Part shown: in pieces, positions 39,872 to 49,094 of the stretch
Numbering within the stretch: the stretch's first letter is position 1
Layout: every line of letters starts with the position of its first letter
Source of the DNA: Candidatus Izemoplasmatales bacterium
Lineage (GTDB): Bacteria; Bacillota_I; Bacilli_A; Izemoplasmatales; Hujiaoplasmataceae
Direction of reading: 5' to 3'
Assembly: GCA_050949045.1 (NCBI GenBank)
Contig: JBMNEZ010000001.1
Coordinates: 64,001 to 128,000 of the forward strand
DNA: 64,000 nucleotides
Notes under the pieces: model-generated
What the model was told of the DNA's origin: nothing
Seen by the model: only the letters and a program-made list of their open reading frames with translations
The model's database searches: none
Position numbers and translations under genes: made by a program

Positions 39872-40162
39872 ATGCAAATCTTGATTGCGGCCGCCATACT
39901 CGGTGGATTAGGGTTCGTATTGGGATTGCTGATCTTTTTAGTTGAAAAGTATTTCGGTGTCGAAGTGGATTTGTCGGTCCGAGAAGTGGAAGAAATGTTG
40001 CCGGGAGTCAATTGCGGTTCCTGCGGTTTTGCGGGATGCCAAGAAATGGCTGTGGCGCTTTTGGAAAAAAACGCGGTTCCTAAGCAATGCAAGCCCTTGA
40101 GACAAGAAAAAGTTGTCGCTTTACAGGCGTATTTGGATGAATATTTCAAGAATAAACAATAA
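39872..40162 (+). CDS. rnfB: Short RnfB (TM plus one FeS domain only)
   Basis: 'LPGVNCGSCGFAGC..MA...C' motif; no ferredoxin CxxCxxCxxxC repeats. Confidence 0.8.
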   Translation: MQILIAAAILGGLGFVLGLLIFLVEKYFGVEVDLSVREVEEMLPGVNCGSCGFAGCQEMAVALLEKNAVPKQCKPLRQEKVVALQAYLDEYFKNKQ

Positions 40163-40180
40163 ACATATCAATCGTAAAAT

Positions 40181-40206
40181 GCCCTCGTCGCTGATGAGGG
40201 TTTTTT
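40181..40206 (+). terminator. rnf operon terminator
   Basis: GCCCTCGTC-gct-GATGAGGGT followed by TTTTT. Confidence 0.75.
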
Positions 40207-40240
40207 ATGGAGTTAAAATGATTTTGCCGTCATGATTTTG

Positions 40241-40269
40241 TTGCAATATTCATTCATTCAGGTTATAAT
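40241..40269 (+). promoter_or_regulatory. sigmaA promoter of the FMN lipoprotein gene
   Basis: TTGCAA, 17 bp spacer, TATAAT. Confidence 0.65.
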
Positions 40270-40308
40270 AGACAACTAGAGAACAATTAACATTATTAGG
40301 AGGAAATA

Positions 40309-41310
40309 ATGAAAAAGATTGGCTTATTACTTCTAGTTTTAATAGCATCCCTTGCTTTAACTGGATGCAAGACAAGTGAATTCAAAGTGGACGGAGAATT
40401 CACTGCTTTCGAAGCATCCGTGTATTCCAATGCGCCAATGGTGACCATGGTGACTGTGAAGATTGAAAAGGGCGAAATCGTGGATTTCACGATCGATTGT
40501 ATCCAAGGAAAACGGACCGAAACGGATGGAACCTATTCCTTTGCATTTAATGCAGAGTCGAAACGCGATCTCGGTTTCAATTACAAAATGCACTATTATA
40601 CGTACGCTGCAACAGACGACACCCCAACAATGGAAGAGTATCAGACTTGGTTGACGACCAATAACAGAAAAGAATGGTTCCAACAAGCCGACCTGATTGA
40701 AGCAGCTTGGTTGGCGAACGGCTATGATTCTGTGACGAAAAACACCGATGACAAATCGCCAGATTATGAAAGAATCGATAACGTAGCCGGAGTCACCATT
40801 AAAGACGGCGGTTATATCGAATTGGCAGCGGCAGCTGTCGAACTAGCCAAAAAAGGCAAGTTCCAAGCTTTGATCGCCACCAAAACTGACATCTATTTCG
40901 CATCGATGGTTGTCTCCCCAAAAGGCAAAGTTAGCGAACTAGTCATCGACACCCTGCAAGCGGCTCCTTCCGGAGCGGATTTTGCTTGGAAAGCCAAGAC
41001 GAAACAGGAGCTTGGAGATGAGTATGGGATGAAGGGCATAGGCCAAGCTTACACCTTTGCGGATGGTGTTTGGACCAAAAGCGCTACGGAAAAAGCATCG
41101 CTCGAATGGTACGAACAAGTCGCTTTGATCAGCGATTACGTGCTTGAGAACGGCTGGGATGCTAATCTTCAGGCAGTTGGCGGACGCGGTGGCTCCTTGA
41201 ATGGAACGACATTGCTCGACGATCTCGCCGGTGTGACAGTTCTTTCACAGACTTATTTCGATGTTCTCGAAAAATTGTTTGCTTGTCCCGCTAAAGGCGA
41301 AGTCAAGTAA
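40309..41310 (+). CDS. Lipoprotein with two tandem FMN-binding (major membrane immunogen-like) domains
   Basis: Lipobox LALTGC. Internal duplication of SK.DLG..Y.M / EW..Q / D.(V/L)AGVT. Confidence 0.8.
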   Translation: MKKIGLLLLVLIASLALTGCKTSEFKVDGEFTAFEASVYSNAPMVTMVTVKIEKGEIVDFTIDCIQGKRTETDGTYSFAFNAESKRDLGFNYKMHYYTYAATDDTPTMEEYQTWLTTNNRKEWFQQADLIEAAWLANGYDSVTKNTDDKSPDYERIDNVAGVTIKDGGYIELAAAAVELAKKGKFQALIATKTDIYFASMVVSPKGKVSELVIDTLQAAPSGADFAWKAKTKQELGDEYGMKGIGQAYTFADGVWTKSATEKASLEWYEQVALISDYVLENGWDANLQAVGGRGGSLNGTTLLDDLAGVTVLSQTYFDVLEKLFACPAKGEVK

Positions 41311-41331
41311 GATCGCGATAACTAAAGAATC

Positions 41332-41360
41332 AAGTTGCCTGTAAGGGCAACTTTTTCTTT
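41332..41360 (+). terminator. Terminator after the lipoprotein gene
   Basis: AAGTTGCCT-gtaa-GGGCAACTT followed by a T-rich run. Confidence 0.8.
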
Positions 41361-41570
41361 GGGATAAAAATGAATCTTGTCATAATAGAACGGATTCGGT
41401 ATTGAGATTGCGATAGTGTGAAGGACCGCTTCTGAAAATCGGGATTCTCTTGGATTGCAGAAGCGTACCTGATTTGATATGTGCGCTTCCAAGAGTTGGC
41501 CGATTTTTTGCTTTCATCGAATTATTATGATTTACAAAACCAATTATTTCAAGTAAAATACTAGTTGTAT

Positions 41571-41646
41571 GCGCCATTAGCTCAGTCGGTAGAGCAAATG
41601 ACTCTTAATCATTGGGTCCTGGGTTCGAGTCCCTGATGGCGCACCA
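41571..41646 (+). tRNA. tRNA-Lys (anticodon CTT)
   Basis: 76 nt cloverleaf: acceptor GCGCCAT/ATGGCGC, D-arm GCTC/GAGC, anticodon arm AATGA-CT CTT AA-TCATT, T-loop TTCGAGT and encoded CCA. One T-stem U:U mismatch. Upstream TTTACA-17-TAAAAT promoter. Confidence 0.95.
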
Positions 41647-41648
41647 AG

Positions 41649-41683
41649 ATGATGATAAAGCCCTTCCGATCATGGAGGGCTTT
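41649..41683 (+). repeat. Left copy of a 35 bp direct repeat (tRNA terminator hairpin)
   Basis: ATGATGATAAAGCCCTTCCGATCATGGAGGGCTTT, 32/35 identical to 53660-53694. Confidence 0.85.
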
Positions 41684-42055
41684 TAAATTCTTGTAATACC
41701 GCATAATCGTCAATTTTGTTTTTTGGTACGCCTATATAACATACCATGATTTTTTATATATGGTAGGCATACACTTAAAACAAACATTAACATTATTGGA
41801 AAACCTAATTATTGTTGAAAAAAAGTTTATATTAGCATATAATAAAATCGATAATGGTACAGTTTGTATAATTTGAAGATGCTTTTTAGAAAACGCTGAA
41901 AATAAAAAAACTAATTATACTTGTGCTCACTTTTATTTATTTCATTTGTCCACTTTGGAGTTATAATATCCAACTGTACTAATTTCAATGGTTTATTAGC
42001 TCTTTTTAGATATAGTTTGTCTATGATGTTTTTAATATTTTAATATAGGAGAAAT

Positions 42056-43441
42056 ATGGAAACGATTAAAAAGATCATTATTTTTTTCTTTACTATAATT
42101 TTTGATTTTGAATATGTTGTACAAATGCTGTGCATTTCATTTGCGACGGTTATTCTGCTTGGAAGAAGAATAACAAAAAACAAAAAGCAAATTTTAGTTA
42201 TTGTTATCGAAGTAATCGTGCTTACATGTCTTTTTGTCTTCCTTAATCTGTTTTACACCATACTTGCTTCATTTTGGAAATTTATACAACTTGGTTACAT
42301 TCACACTTTCTTTTCGGGGGTAATAATATATGCTCTATTTCGTAGCAAGCTTGTTATCAAAGCAAGAATATTGATGAGTTGTGTTGTTATTTCGCTAGCG
42401 GTATTATTGGGTGTCCTCGGGACAAGTTTAGGCCATTATATTGCTCGTTTTATACCAAGTTTTAATGTTGGTATAGCTAAAATAGTGTCCTATCTTGTTA
42501 TCGCGCTTTGTGCAGTAATTTTTAACAAGTACTCAATAACGGCTTATGAAATAACATGGCCCCACTTGGCGCTTAATATGATAATTATAACCATTACTAT
42601 TAGTTTGATGATCGGATATCAGGCGCTGAATATTGACAGAGACTTTCATTTGGCGGCTATACGATTTTTTGAAAAATACTTTGTGTTTTTGCTTATTGGC
42701 TTACTGATAATCAATGTTGCTGCGTATTTTATTACATATTATCTTTGTGTTGAAAAAGCAAAGGATATTTCCCTACAAACCATCAAAATGAAGGAACAGT
42801 CTGTTCAACAACAGTTGATGGTGTCAGAAAAAAGATTGAATGAATTATGCCATATTAAACACGATTTAAAAAATCAATATGCTTATATGAGTGTTTTATT
42901 AAAAGGCAAGAAATTTGATGAATTAGAGGCCTTTTTTGATGAAGTAACAGGCAGTTTCTCAAAGAAACTGTTTGCAAGTGTCGATAGTGGCAATACCGTT
43001 ATTGATTCTATTTTAAATTTAGAAATTTCAAAAGCGACTACAGTAGGTGTAAATATTGATGCGAGAATCAGCATTCCGCCCGAATTGCCCTTTTCTAAAA
43101 AGTCGCTGTTGAGTTTGATTGCCAATGCTATGGATAATGCCATTGAAGAAGTAAGCAAATGCAGGAAAGAAGGCTCAGTTATTAAGATTATACTTACTGT
43201 AAAAGGGGACTATCTATTATTCAATGTAGAGAACGAAACAGACCGTGAAGATGAGGAATTTATTTTGCCGATTAAAACAACAAGCAAAGCGAAAGACTAT
43301 ATGCGCGGAAACGGTACCACCATAATAAACAACATCATTAAAAAATATGATGGATTTTACAAGTGTTATGTTTTGAACAAAAAATTCATTTTCGAGAGCT
43401 GTCTCAATATGCAATATAAATCAGGTGGGGGAAACAAATGA
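42056..43441 (+). CDS. GHKL sensor histidine kinase (AgrC/VirS-like)
   Basis: Polytopic N-terminus; 'IKHDLKN', 'NAMDNAIE' and 'RGNGTTII' motifs. Confidence 0.88.
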   Translation: METIKKIIIFFFTIIFDFEYVVQMLCISFATVILLGRRITKNKKQILVIVIEVIVLTCLFVFLNLFYTILASFWKFIQLGYIHTFFSGVIIYALFRSKLVIKARILMSCVVISLAVLLGVLGTSLGHYIARFIPSFNVGIAKIVSYLVIALCAVIFNKYSITAYEITWPHLALNMIIITITISLMIGYQALNIDRDFHLAAIRFFEKYFVFLLIGLLIINVAAYFITYYLCVEKAKDISLQTIKMKEQSVQQQLMVSEKRLNELCHIKHDLKNQYAYMSVLLKGKKFDELEAFFDEVTGSFSKKLFASVDSGNTVIDSILNLEISKATTVGVNIDARISIPPELPFSKKSLLSLIANAMDNAIEEVSKCRKEGSVIKIILTVKGDYLLFNVENETDREDEEFILPIKTTSKAKDYMRGNGTTIINNIIKKYDGFYKCYVLNKKFIFESCLNMQYKSGGGNK

Positions 43442-44181
43442 AAAACCTAAACATAGCTGTTGTGGATGACGAGAAGAGCGCGTTGAACATTATTGGAGCA
43501 GCAATTAAATCAGTGTTTGAAAAAAACAATATAAATGCCAATATAGACTGTTATTTTCATCAAAAGGCTTTAAAGGAGTTACCTAAATATAACGAGTATG
43601 ACTTGTTTTTTTTGGATATTCACATGCCTGAAAAAAACGGCATTCTGTTTGGGAGAGAACTTGTTTCTTGTAAAAAAGATTGTGAAATAATTTTTGTCTC
43701 AAACGATTCGAGCAAGGTATTTGAAGCATTGGAAATCAATCCTTTTGGATATATACGAAAAGAAAATTTTTTGGATGATACCGCATCGACGATTGAGCGT
43801 TACATTAAGAAAAAAACCGCTGGATTAAGCGGGGCGTCATACATTGAGATAAAGAGCAGAAATGCAATAGAAAAAGTTAATGTTAATCTTATAGAGTATA
43901 TTGAGTGCTTCAGAAATGATCAGCATTTACATATGGTTGATGGGAGTTGTATTGTTGTACGTTCAAGAATGACAATTATTGAACAAAAATTAAGCCCATA
44001 TAATTTTTTGCGAATTCACAAAGGTTATATTGTTAATCTTGATTGTATAAGACGTTTTGAAACAAATGCAATTATTCTTAATTCGCAAAAGAAGTTACCT
44101 CTGGCGCGTGACAGAAAAAAAATAGTTAAAGAGAAATTTCTTGAATATGTTAATTCAAAAGGAGTATCAATAATCGGTTAA
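43438..44181 (+). CDS. LytTR-family response regulator
   Basis: 'VDDE', 'FLDIHMP' and 'FLRIHKGYIVN' motifs. Confidence 0.92.
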   Translation: MKNLNIAVVDDEKSALNIIGAAIKSVFEKNNINANIDCYFHQKALKELPKYNEYDLFFLDIHMPEKNGILFGRELVSCKKDCEIIFVSNDSSKVFEALEINPFGYIRKENFLDDTASTIERYIKKKTAGLSGASYIEIKSRNAIEKVNVNLIEYIECFRNDQHLHMVDGSCIVVRSRMTIIEQKLSPYNFLRIHKGYIVNLDCIRRFETNAIILNSQKKLPLARDRKKIVKEKFLEYVNSKGVSIIG

Positions 44182-44423
44182 AGAAACAACCGTATTTATA
44201 ATAGCTACACGCTGCTTATTAAACAATAAGTATTTTGGAATGCTTTTTGCATAGCGGAATGCTTTTTTTATACTTGGTAATTTTGTGATTTTACTGTTTT
44301 GTCTTAGATTTCAAGGTGATGGTAGCGTATTGATAAAGCATCGGCGCAAATCAAGATATTACGTTTATTAGCATATACATTATTATATTTTATAATTATT
44401 TACGTAATCCATCTTTACACTAT

Positions 44424-44495
44424 GCGATTTATCACTAAAACACTCCTTTTCGTCAATACAAACTACCGTTTGTCAACTCAATAACCTGTATGTCG
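44424..44495 (+). promoter_or_regulatory. Candidate LytTR direct-repeat binding sites
   Basis: GCGATTTATCA, CCTTTTCGTCA, ACCGTTTGTCA and CCTGTATGTCG at 21/20/20 bp spacing upstream of the GH3 gene. Confidence 0.5.
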
Positions 44496-44655
44496 TTTGG
44501 ATATTGTCTCATACTTAATTACATTCTATAATTATTTTAAAGAAATAATTATGCAGTGGCATTTTATATAGTGGTATTTTATGAAATAGATATCATAATC
44601 GTTTTTTTGTGCGATTAGATATATATATTATTAATTTAAGGAGGAGCAAAAAAAA

Positions 44656-47600
44656 ATGCGAAGAACAAAACGTGGATTACTTAGACATGCAGGCACAAGG
44701 ATTTTTTCTTTATTTCTGTGTTTTTCTCTTTTGCTTCTAGGAGCGGGGAGCGTATATGCGACAGTATACAATCACCATTTCTATGGCGAAGACTGGACAT
44801 GGAGTCCTTCTGCTAAAAGTGCTGAAGAAGCCAAGGCCAATGCAATTAAGGTTGCAGAGCAAATCGCTGCTGAAGGCCAGGTACTTTTAAAGAATGAGAA
44901 TAGTACCTTGCCTCTTAGTGGAGATGAATGGCTGACTGTTTTTTCTACTACCAGCACAAAAGATTTAGCTTCTTACATTTCCGGTATAGAGGCTGGAGGC
45001 TTTAAGGTACACAGTACGACCTCAACCGATGTAAGCAAGTACACTCCAAGCGATATGCGCGCACATAGTTCCAGCGATGTAGCTGTAATTATTATGAGTG
45101 GAGAAGCTGAATCAAAAGGCGATTTCTTTAGTCCTGGTCCTTTTGGTGGCGGTGGTGGAGAAGGCGGATCTACAGCTAGCCTTGTCGAACCGGAAGACAA
45201 TAAGGATGCTTATGGCAATACTTACAAGCTTCCTAGCGGAAAAGATTTCGTACACAGGTTTTCTCCGATGAAAAAGGTAGGAGAAGAGACAGTAGCATAC
45301 AAACACAGTTTACAACTTCAAAACAAAGATGAAGAAATTATTAAGTATGCTAAAGACAATTTTAAAACAGTCATTGTTTTGCTTCAAAACGATATACCTA
45401 CCGAAATCGGCTCGCTTAAAATTGATCCTGGCATTGATGCCATTCTACTCGCGGGGCGTTTAGGAAATTACGGACATGAGCAAATAGGCTATGTTTTAAA
45501 CGGCTCAGTTAACCCCTCTGGGAGAACGGTAGACCTTTGGGCATGGGATCATTCAGGGCGTCCTTCTTGGTTCAACGACGGGAATACTAACAATATTTTC
45601 AGAAATGCAACTCAAGAAAGCGAATCAGATGTTTCGAATATGGGAATCACATCAGCGTTCCGTGTTGGTGAAGGATCTATATATTATGAGAGATCAGAGG
45701 CGTATTCTAAAGCCGATGATGAAACATATCCATATTATAAGAGAAGACCGCACGCTACAGGTGAAATTACTCCTCACGTATTTACTGTGCAGTATGAAGA
45801 GGATATTTACACTGGATACCGTTACTATGAAACCGCCGCAACAGAGGTAGCTTTGGGCAATTATGCCGCAGCTGGTTACGGCATCGACGGCGAAGCTTTT
45901 TATTACGATTCGGTTATCTATCCTTTCGGTTACGGGCTCAGTTATACCTCATTTGAATGGGAAGTAGTGAGTTCAGACCTTAGCGAATGGGCCAGAGTTT
46001 TGGCTTCTGAAAGCTCAAGCATCAATTTCCAAACCGGCGAAATAACCGTTAAGGTAAAAGTTACCAACGTTGGTTTGGTACCGGGCAAGGACGTAGTGGA
46101 AATTTACGGACACGCACCATATTACAAGAATGGTGTTTCTAAAGCGGAACACGTACTTGTAGGCTTTGAAAAAACTGGAATAATCCAGCCTGGTAAATCG
46201 CAGGTAGTTACTGTTTCTGTAAACGTTCAAGATCTTGCTTCGTATGATTACCTTGATGCTAACGGAAACGGCAACACAGGCTATGAGCTTGATAAAGTCG
46301 CAGATGCCGACTCAAAAGGCAACCCCTTACATGATAGCACTGGTAAATACCAGCTCCGTCTCATGAAAAACAGCCATGAATATGGCAATGACGATGCGGC
46401 TGAAATGACGATTGATCTTGCTAGCCCTTCGAGAGATTATTTCCTTAAACTCGATGACTTCACAGGAAACAGCGTCGACAATTTGTTCTCCGGAAAAGAC
46501 ATAAACAACACACTCGGATATGATCCAGGGACAGGTAAAACGCTGGTTGAAGAAGGCAAAATGACGATCCTAACCCGTGCAGATTTTGCAGGAACTTGGC
46601 CTCAGGCTGCGGGAACCACCACAGGTCCTAGCGGCGAAGAAAAAGGCTGGGATCTCGTAAGAAGCGACGAATATTACACTATGATTTCTGAGTTCGCTGA
46701 TTACAACGGAGAAAATTGGCAAGAGTTTTATAAGATAGTAAATAACGTAGAAACAATTCCTGCTGAAATAACAAATGAAGATAAAGCCGGTTTTGCTTGG
46801 TCTATTGACGCAGCAGAATTTGCAACGCTTACAACGGCTAAATACACACCTGAAGGCGGCACAGAACAAACAATTAATTGGGTACAAAGAGACCCAGCTG
46901 CCAATCTTTCTGAACTTCAAGAAAGCGATGATTGGCTGTGGTTTGCTGACATGATCAAGTATGAGTACAATGACGGTGGTATTGGCACATACATGTGGAC
47001 CAAGTTTATGAACCAGCTGACCTACAACGAGATGGTAGAATGGGTTACTAACGGTGGCAGAAGGACATCGGCCATTGATTCAGTAGGTAAGAGAGCGGCG
47101 GAATATGTGGACTCCAGTATAAGAATGGGAGGCACAAACCAAATTAGTTATGGTTATAATTCTGTTTCTAGCCGCACTTGGAATAAGGAACTTGCAAAGA
47201 AGAGAGGCATATGCATCGGCGAAACTGCTCTCTTTGATGGAAAAGAGGCATGGTATGCACCGGCATGCGACTTACACCGTAGCCCGTTTGCAGGTCGTAA
47301 CGACGAGTATTGGTCAGAAGACGGTTTCTTCTCAGGCTGGATGGCAGGCAGCGTGCTTGCGGGCACTCAGTCCACAGGAGTAATTTGTACCATCAAGCAC
47401 TTTGCTCTCAATGAAAGCGAGAACATGAGACAAAGCTTACATACATACCTTTCTGAACAAACTTTCCGTGAGCTGTATCTACCCGCATTCAAAATTTGTA
47501 TGCAAGAATGCGGTGCACAAGGTGTAATGACTGCATATAACTGTATTGGTGATATGCACGCATCTTCAGCTTACAATTTCCTTGTTGGTATGACCGAAAA

Positions 47601-48867
47601 AGAATGGGGCTTCGACGGCTTCAATATTTGTGACGCTGCCGATCCTTGGAAAGACTTCTACACTCATGACATGAGTCTCCGCTCAGGCGGGACGATGTTC
47701 CTATGCGATTGGAGAGCATCCAAAGAATATACTCCCGGTGATAAAGGGAACCTTGTTCAACTTTATCCTACTGGTGTATATAACGTAACTGATAACAAAG
47801 TCTATGTTAGAGAAAACGGTCAAGTAAAAGATTCTCCTGTAACGGTAGAATCATACACCAGCTGGTATTGGCTGCGATATCAAGTAATGCGTTCACTGTT
47901 TGTGGAAGCAAACAGCAATATCGCCAATAACGGCCTTAAACTTGACAACTTCAAGGATGCTACCTTGGCTGATGGAGCACAAGCGGTGGCCTATACAGCT
48001 AATATTGGGCTTGAAGGCGCAGATGCTTCTATTAGTACTTACACAGTAACTAGCGGCGCATTACCCAAAGGCTTATCAATTTCTAACGCCGGTGCGGTTA
48101 CAGGCACTCCCACCGAAGCAGGCGAGTTCACATTTAAGGTTAAATTCGTAAACGGATACTGGATTACAAAAGAAGCTACTTTCAATTTAACTGTGACCCC
48201 TTGCTTTACGATTGGTAGCGAAACTGAATTGAACGCTTTAGAAGTTGGCGCTGCTTTTGAAGGCTATATTGAATCAGAAGTAATTAAGATTGATGATACC
48301 TATACTTCCATAACATATGAACTTGCTCAAGGAAGCGCACTGCCCGAAGGGCTTACACTTTCAAAAACCGACGGCTTGATTTCGGGTACGCCTACGGTTC
48401 CGGGAACTTATAGTGTTACGTTTAATATAACACCTAAAAAAGCATCATCCGGCGGTGGTGGCGGCGGCTTCCCATGGGGTCCACGTCCAGGCAGCAGTTC
48501 AACTGTTTACAATTACACGGTCACTTTCGTTGTAACCGGAGATCCAATTGTTGAACCTAGCGGTCCCTTCTTCAGAATTGTTGATGGATTTGTTGAATAT
48601 TCTGAAGATAACGAAACTTGGGTACAAGTAATTGAGGTATCCGAACTGCAAGGCGACAAGGGCGACAAGGGCGACAAGGGCGATAAAGGTGACAAGGGCG
48701 ACAAGGGCGATGCTGGCGCAGCTGGTCCTGCCGGTCCTGCCGGTCCTGCTGGAAAAGATGCAGAACCGGTAAGCGGATGCGGAAGCTCGCTAACCGGAAC
48801 CGGAATCCTCGTTACCGGATTGCTGTCTCTCGGAGTACTATTCTTAAAACGCAGGAAGTCTGATTAA
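44656..48867 (+). CDS. Secreted multidomain GH3 glycosidase (inverted domain order) with two putative Ig domains, a collagen-like linker and a C-terminal TM anchor
   Basis: Signal peptide; 'VLLKNE', 'YPFGYGLSY', 'GRNDEYWSED', 'KHFALN' and 'GFDGFNICD'. Two 'LP.GL..S..G..SGTPT' repeats, (GDK)n(GPA)n, then SGCGSS-TM-KRRK. Confidence 0.88.
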   Translation: MRRTKRGLLRHAGTRIFSLFLCFSLLLLGAGSVYATVYNHHFYGEDWTWSPSAKSAEEAKANAIKVAEQIAAEGQVLLKNENSTLPLSGDEWLTVFSTTSTKDLASYISGIEAGGFKVHSTTSTDVSKYTPSDMRAHSSSDVAVIIMSGEAESKGDFFSPGPFGGGGGEGGSTASLVEPEDNKDAYGNTYKLPSGKDFVHRFSPMKKVGEETVAYKHSLQLQNKDEEIIKYAKDNFKTVIVLLQNDIPTEIGSLKIDPGIDAILLAGRLGNYGHEQIGYVLNGSVNPSGRTVDLWAWDHSGRPSWFNDGNTNNIFRNATQESESDVSNMGITSAFRVGEGSIYYERSEAYSKADDETYPYYKRRPHATGEITPHVFTVQYEEDIYTGYRYYETAATEVALGNYAAAGYGIDGEAFYYDSVIYPFGYGLSYTSFEWEVVSSDLSEWARVLASESSSINFQTGEITVKVKVTNVGLVPGKDVVEIYGHAPYYKNGVSKAEHVLVGFEKTGIIQPGKSQVVTVSVNVQDLASYDYLDANGNGNTGYELDKVADADSKGNPLHDSTGKYQLRLMKNSHEYGNDDAAEMTIDLASPSRDYFLKLDDFTGNSVDNLFSGKDINNTLGYDPGTGKTLVEEGKMTILTRADFAGTWPQAAGTTTGPSGEEKGWDLVRSDEYYTMISEFADYNGENWQEFYKIVNNVETIPAEITNEDKAGFAWSIDAAEFATLTTAKYTPEGGTEQTINWVQRDPAANLSELQESDDWLWFADMIKYEYNDGGIGTYMWTKFMNQLTYNEMVEWVTNGGRRTSAIDSVGKRAAEYVDSSIRMGGTNQISYGYNSVSSRTWNKELAKKRGICIGETALFDGKEAWYAPACDLHRSPFAGRNDEYWSEDGFFSGWMAGSVLAGTQSTGVICTIKHFALNESENMRQSLHTYLSEQTFRELYLPAFKICMQECGAQGVMTAYNCIGDMHASSAYNFLVGMTEKEWGFDGFNICDAADPWKDFYTHDMSLRSGGTMFLCDWRASKEYTPGDKGNLVQLYPTGVYNVTDNKVYVRENGQVKDSPVTVESYTSWYWLRYQVMRSLFVEANSNIANNGLKLDNFKDATLADGAQAVAYTANIGLEGADASISTYTVTSGALPKGLSISNAGAVTGTPTEAGEFTFKVKFVNGYWITKEATFNLTVTPCFTIGSETELNALEVGAAFEGYIESEVIKIDDTYTSITYELAQGSALPEGLTLSKTDGLISGTPTVPGTYSVTFNITPKKASSGGGGGGFPWGPRPGSSSTVYNYTVTFVVTGDPIVEPSGPFFRIVDGFVEYSEDNETWVQVIEVSELQGDKGDKGDKGDKGDKGDKGDAGAAGPAGPAGPAGKDAEPVSGCGSSLTGTGILVTGLLSLGVLFLKRRKSD
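48652..48759 (+). repeat. 9 bp tandem repeats encoding a Gly-X-Y collagen-like tract
   Basis: About six GGCGACAAG units, then three GGTCCTGCY units. Confidence 0.9.
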
Positions 48868-49094
48868 CAAAAGAAACAAGCAATAAAGATTTTAAGACAA
48901 TAGAAAGAATCAATTAAGCAGGCGGATATGTTGGGATTATTCTTTAATGCGCGGTAAAATATCGTTGTGATAAAGAATATCCCAACATTATCCGTTATTG
49001 TCAAATATTTGGAGTAAGTGTAAATATTGTTTGAAAAAGCATTATTATGTTTGTATGCGACTATGTAAACGACAAAATAAATGTGAGGAAATCT

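Noticed and set aside
41380..41577. 65 aa minus-strand ORF next to the tRNA
   Set aside because: It overlaps the tRNA 5' end and promoter, and has no RBS or recognisable motif.
41571..41646. tRNA as an amber/ochre suppressor or tRNA-Pyl explaining the in-frame stops
   Set aside because: The anticodon is CTT (Lys), not CTA or TTA, the structure is canonical, and no pyl genes are in the window.
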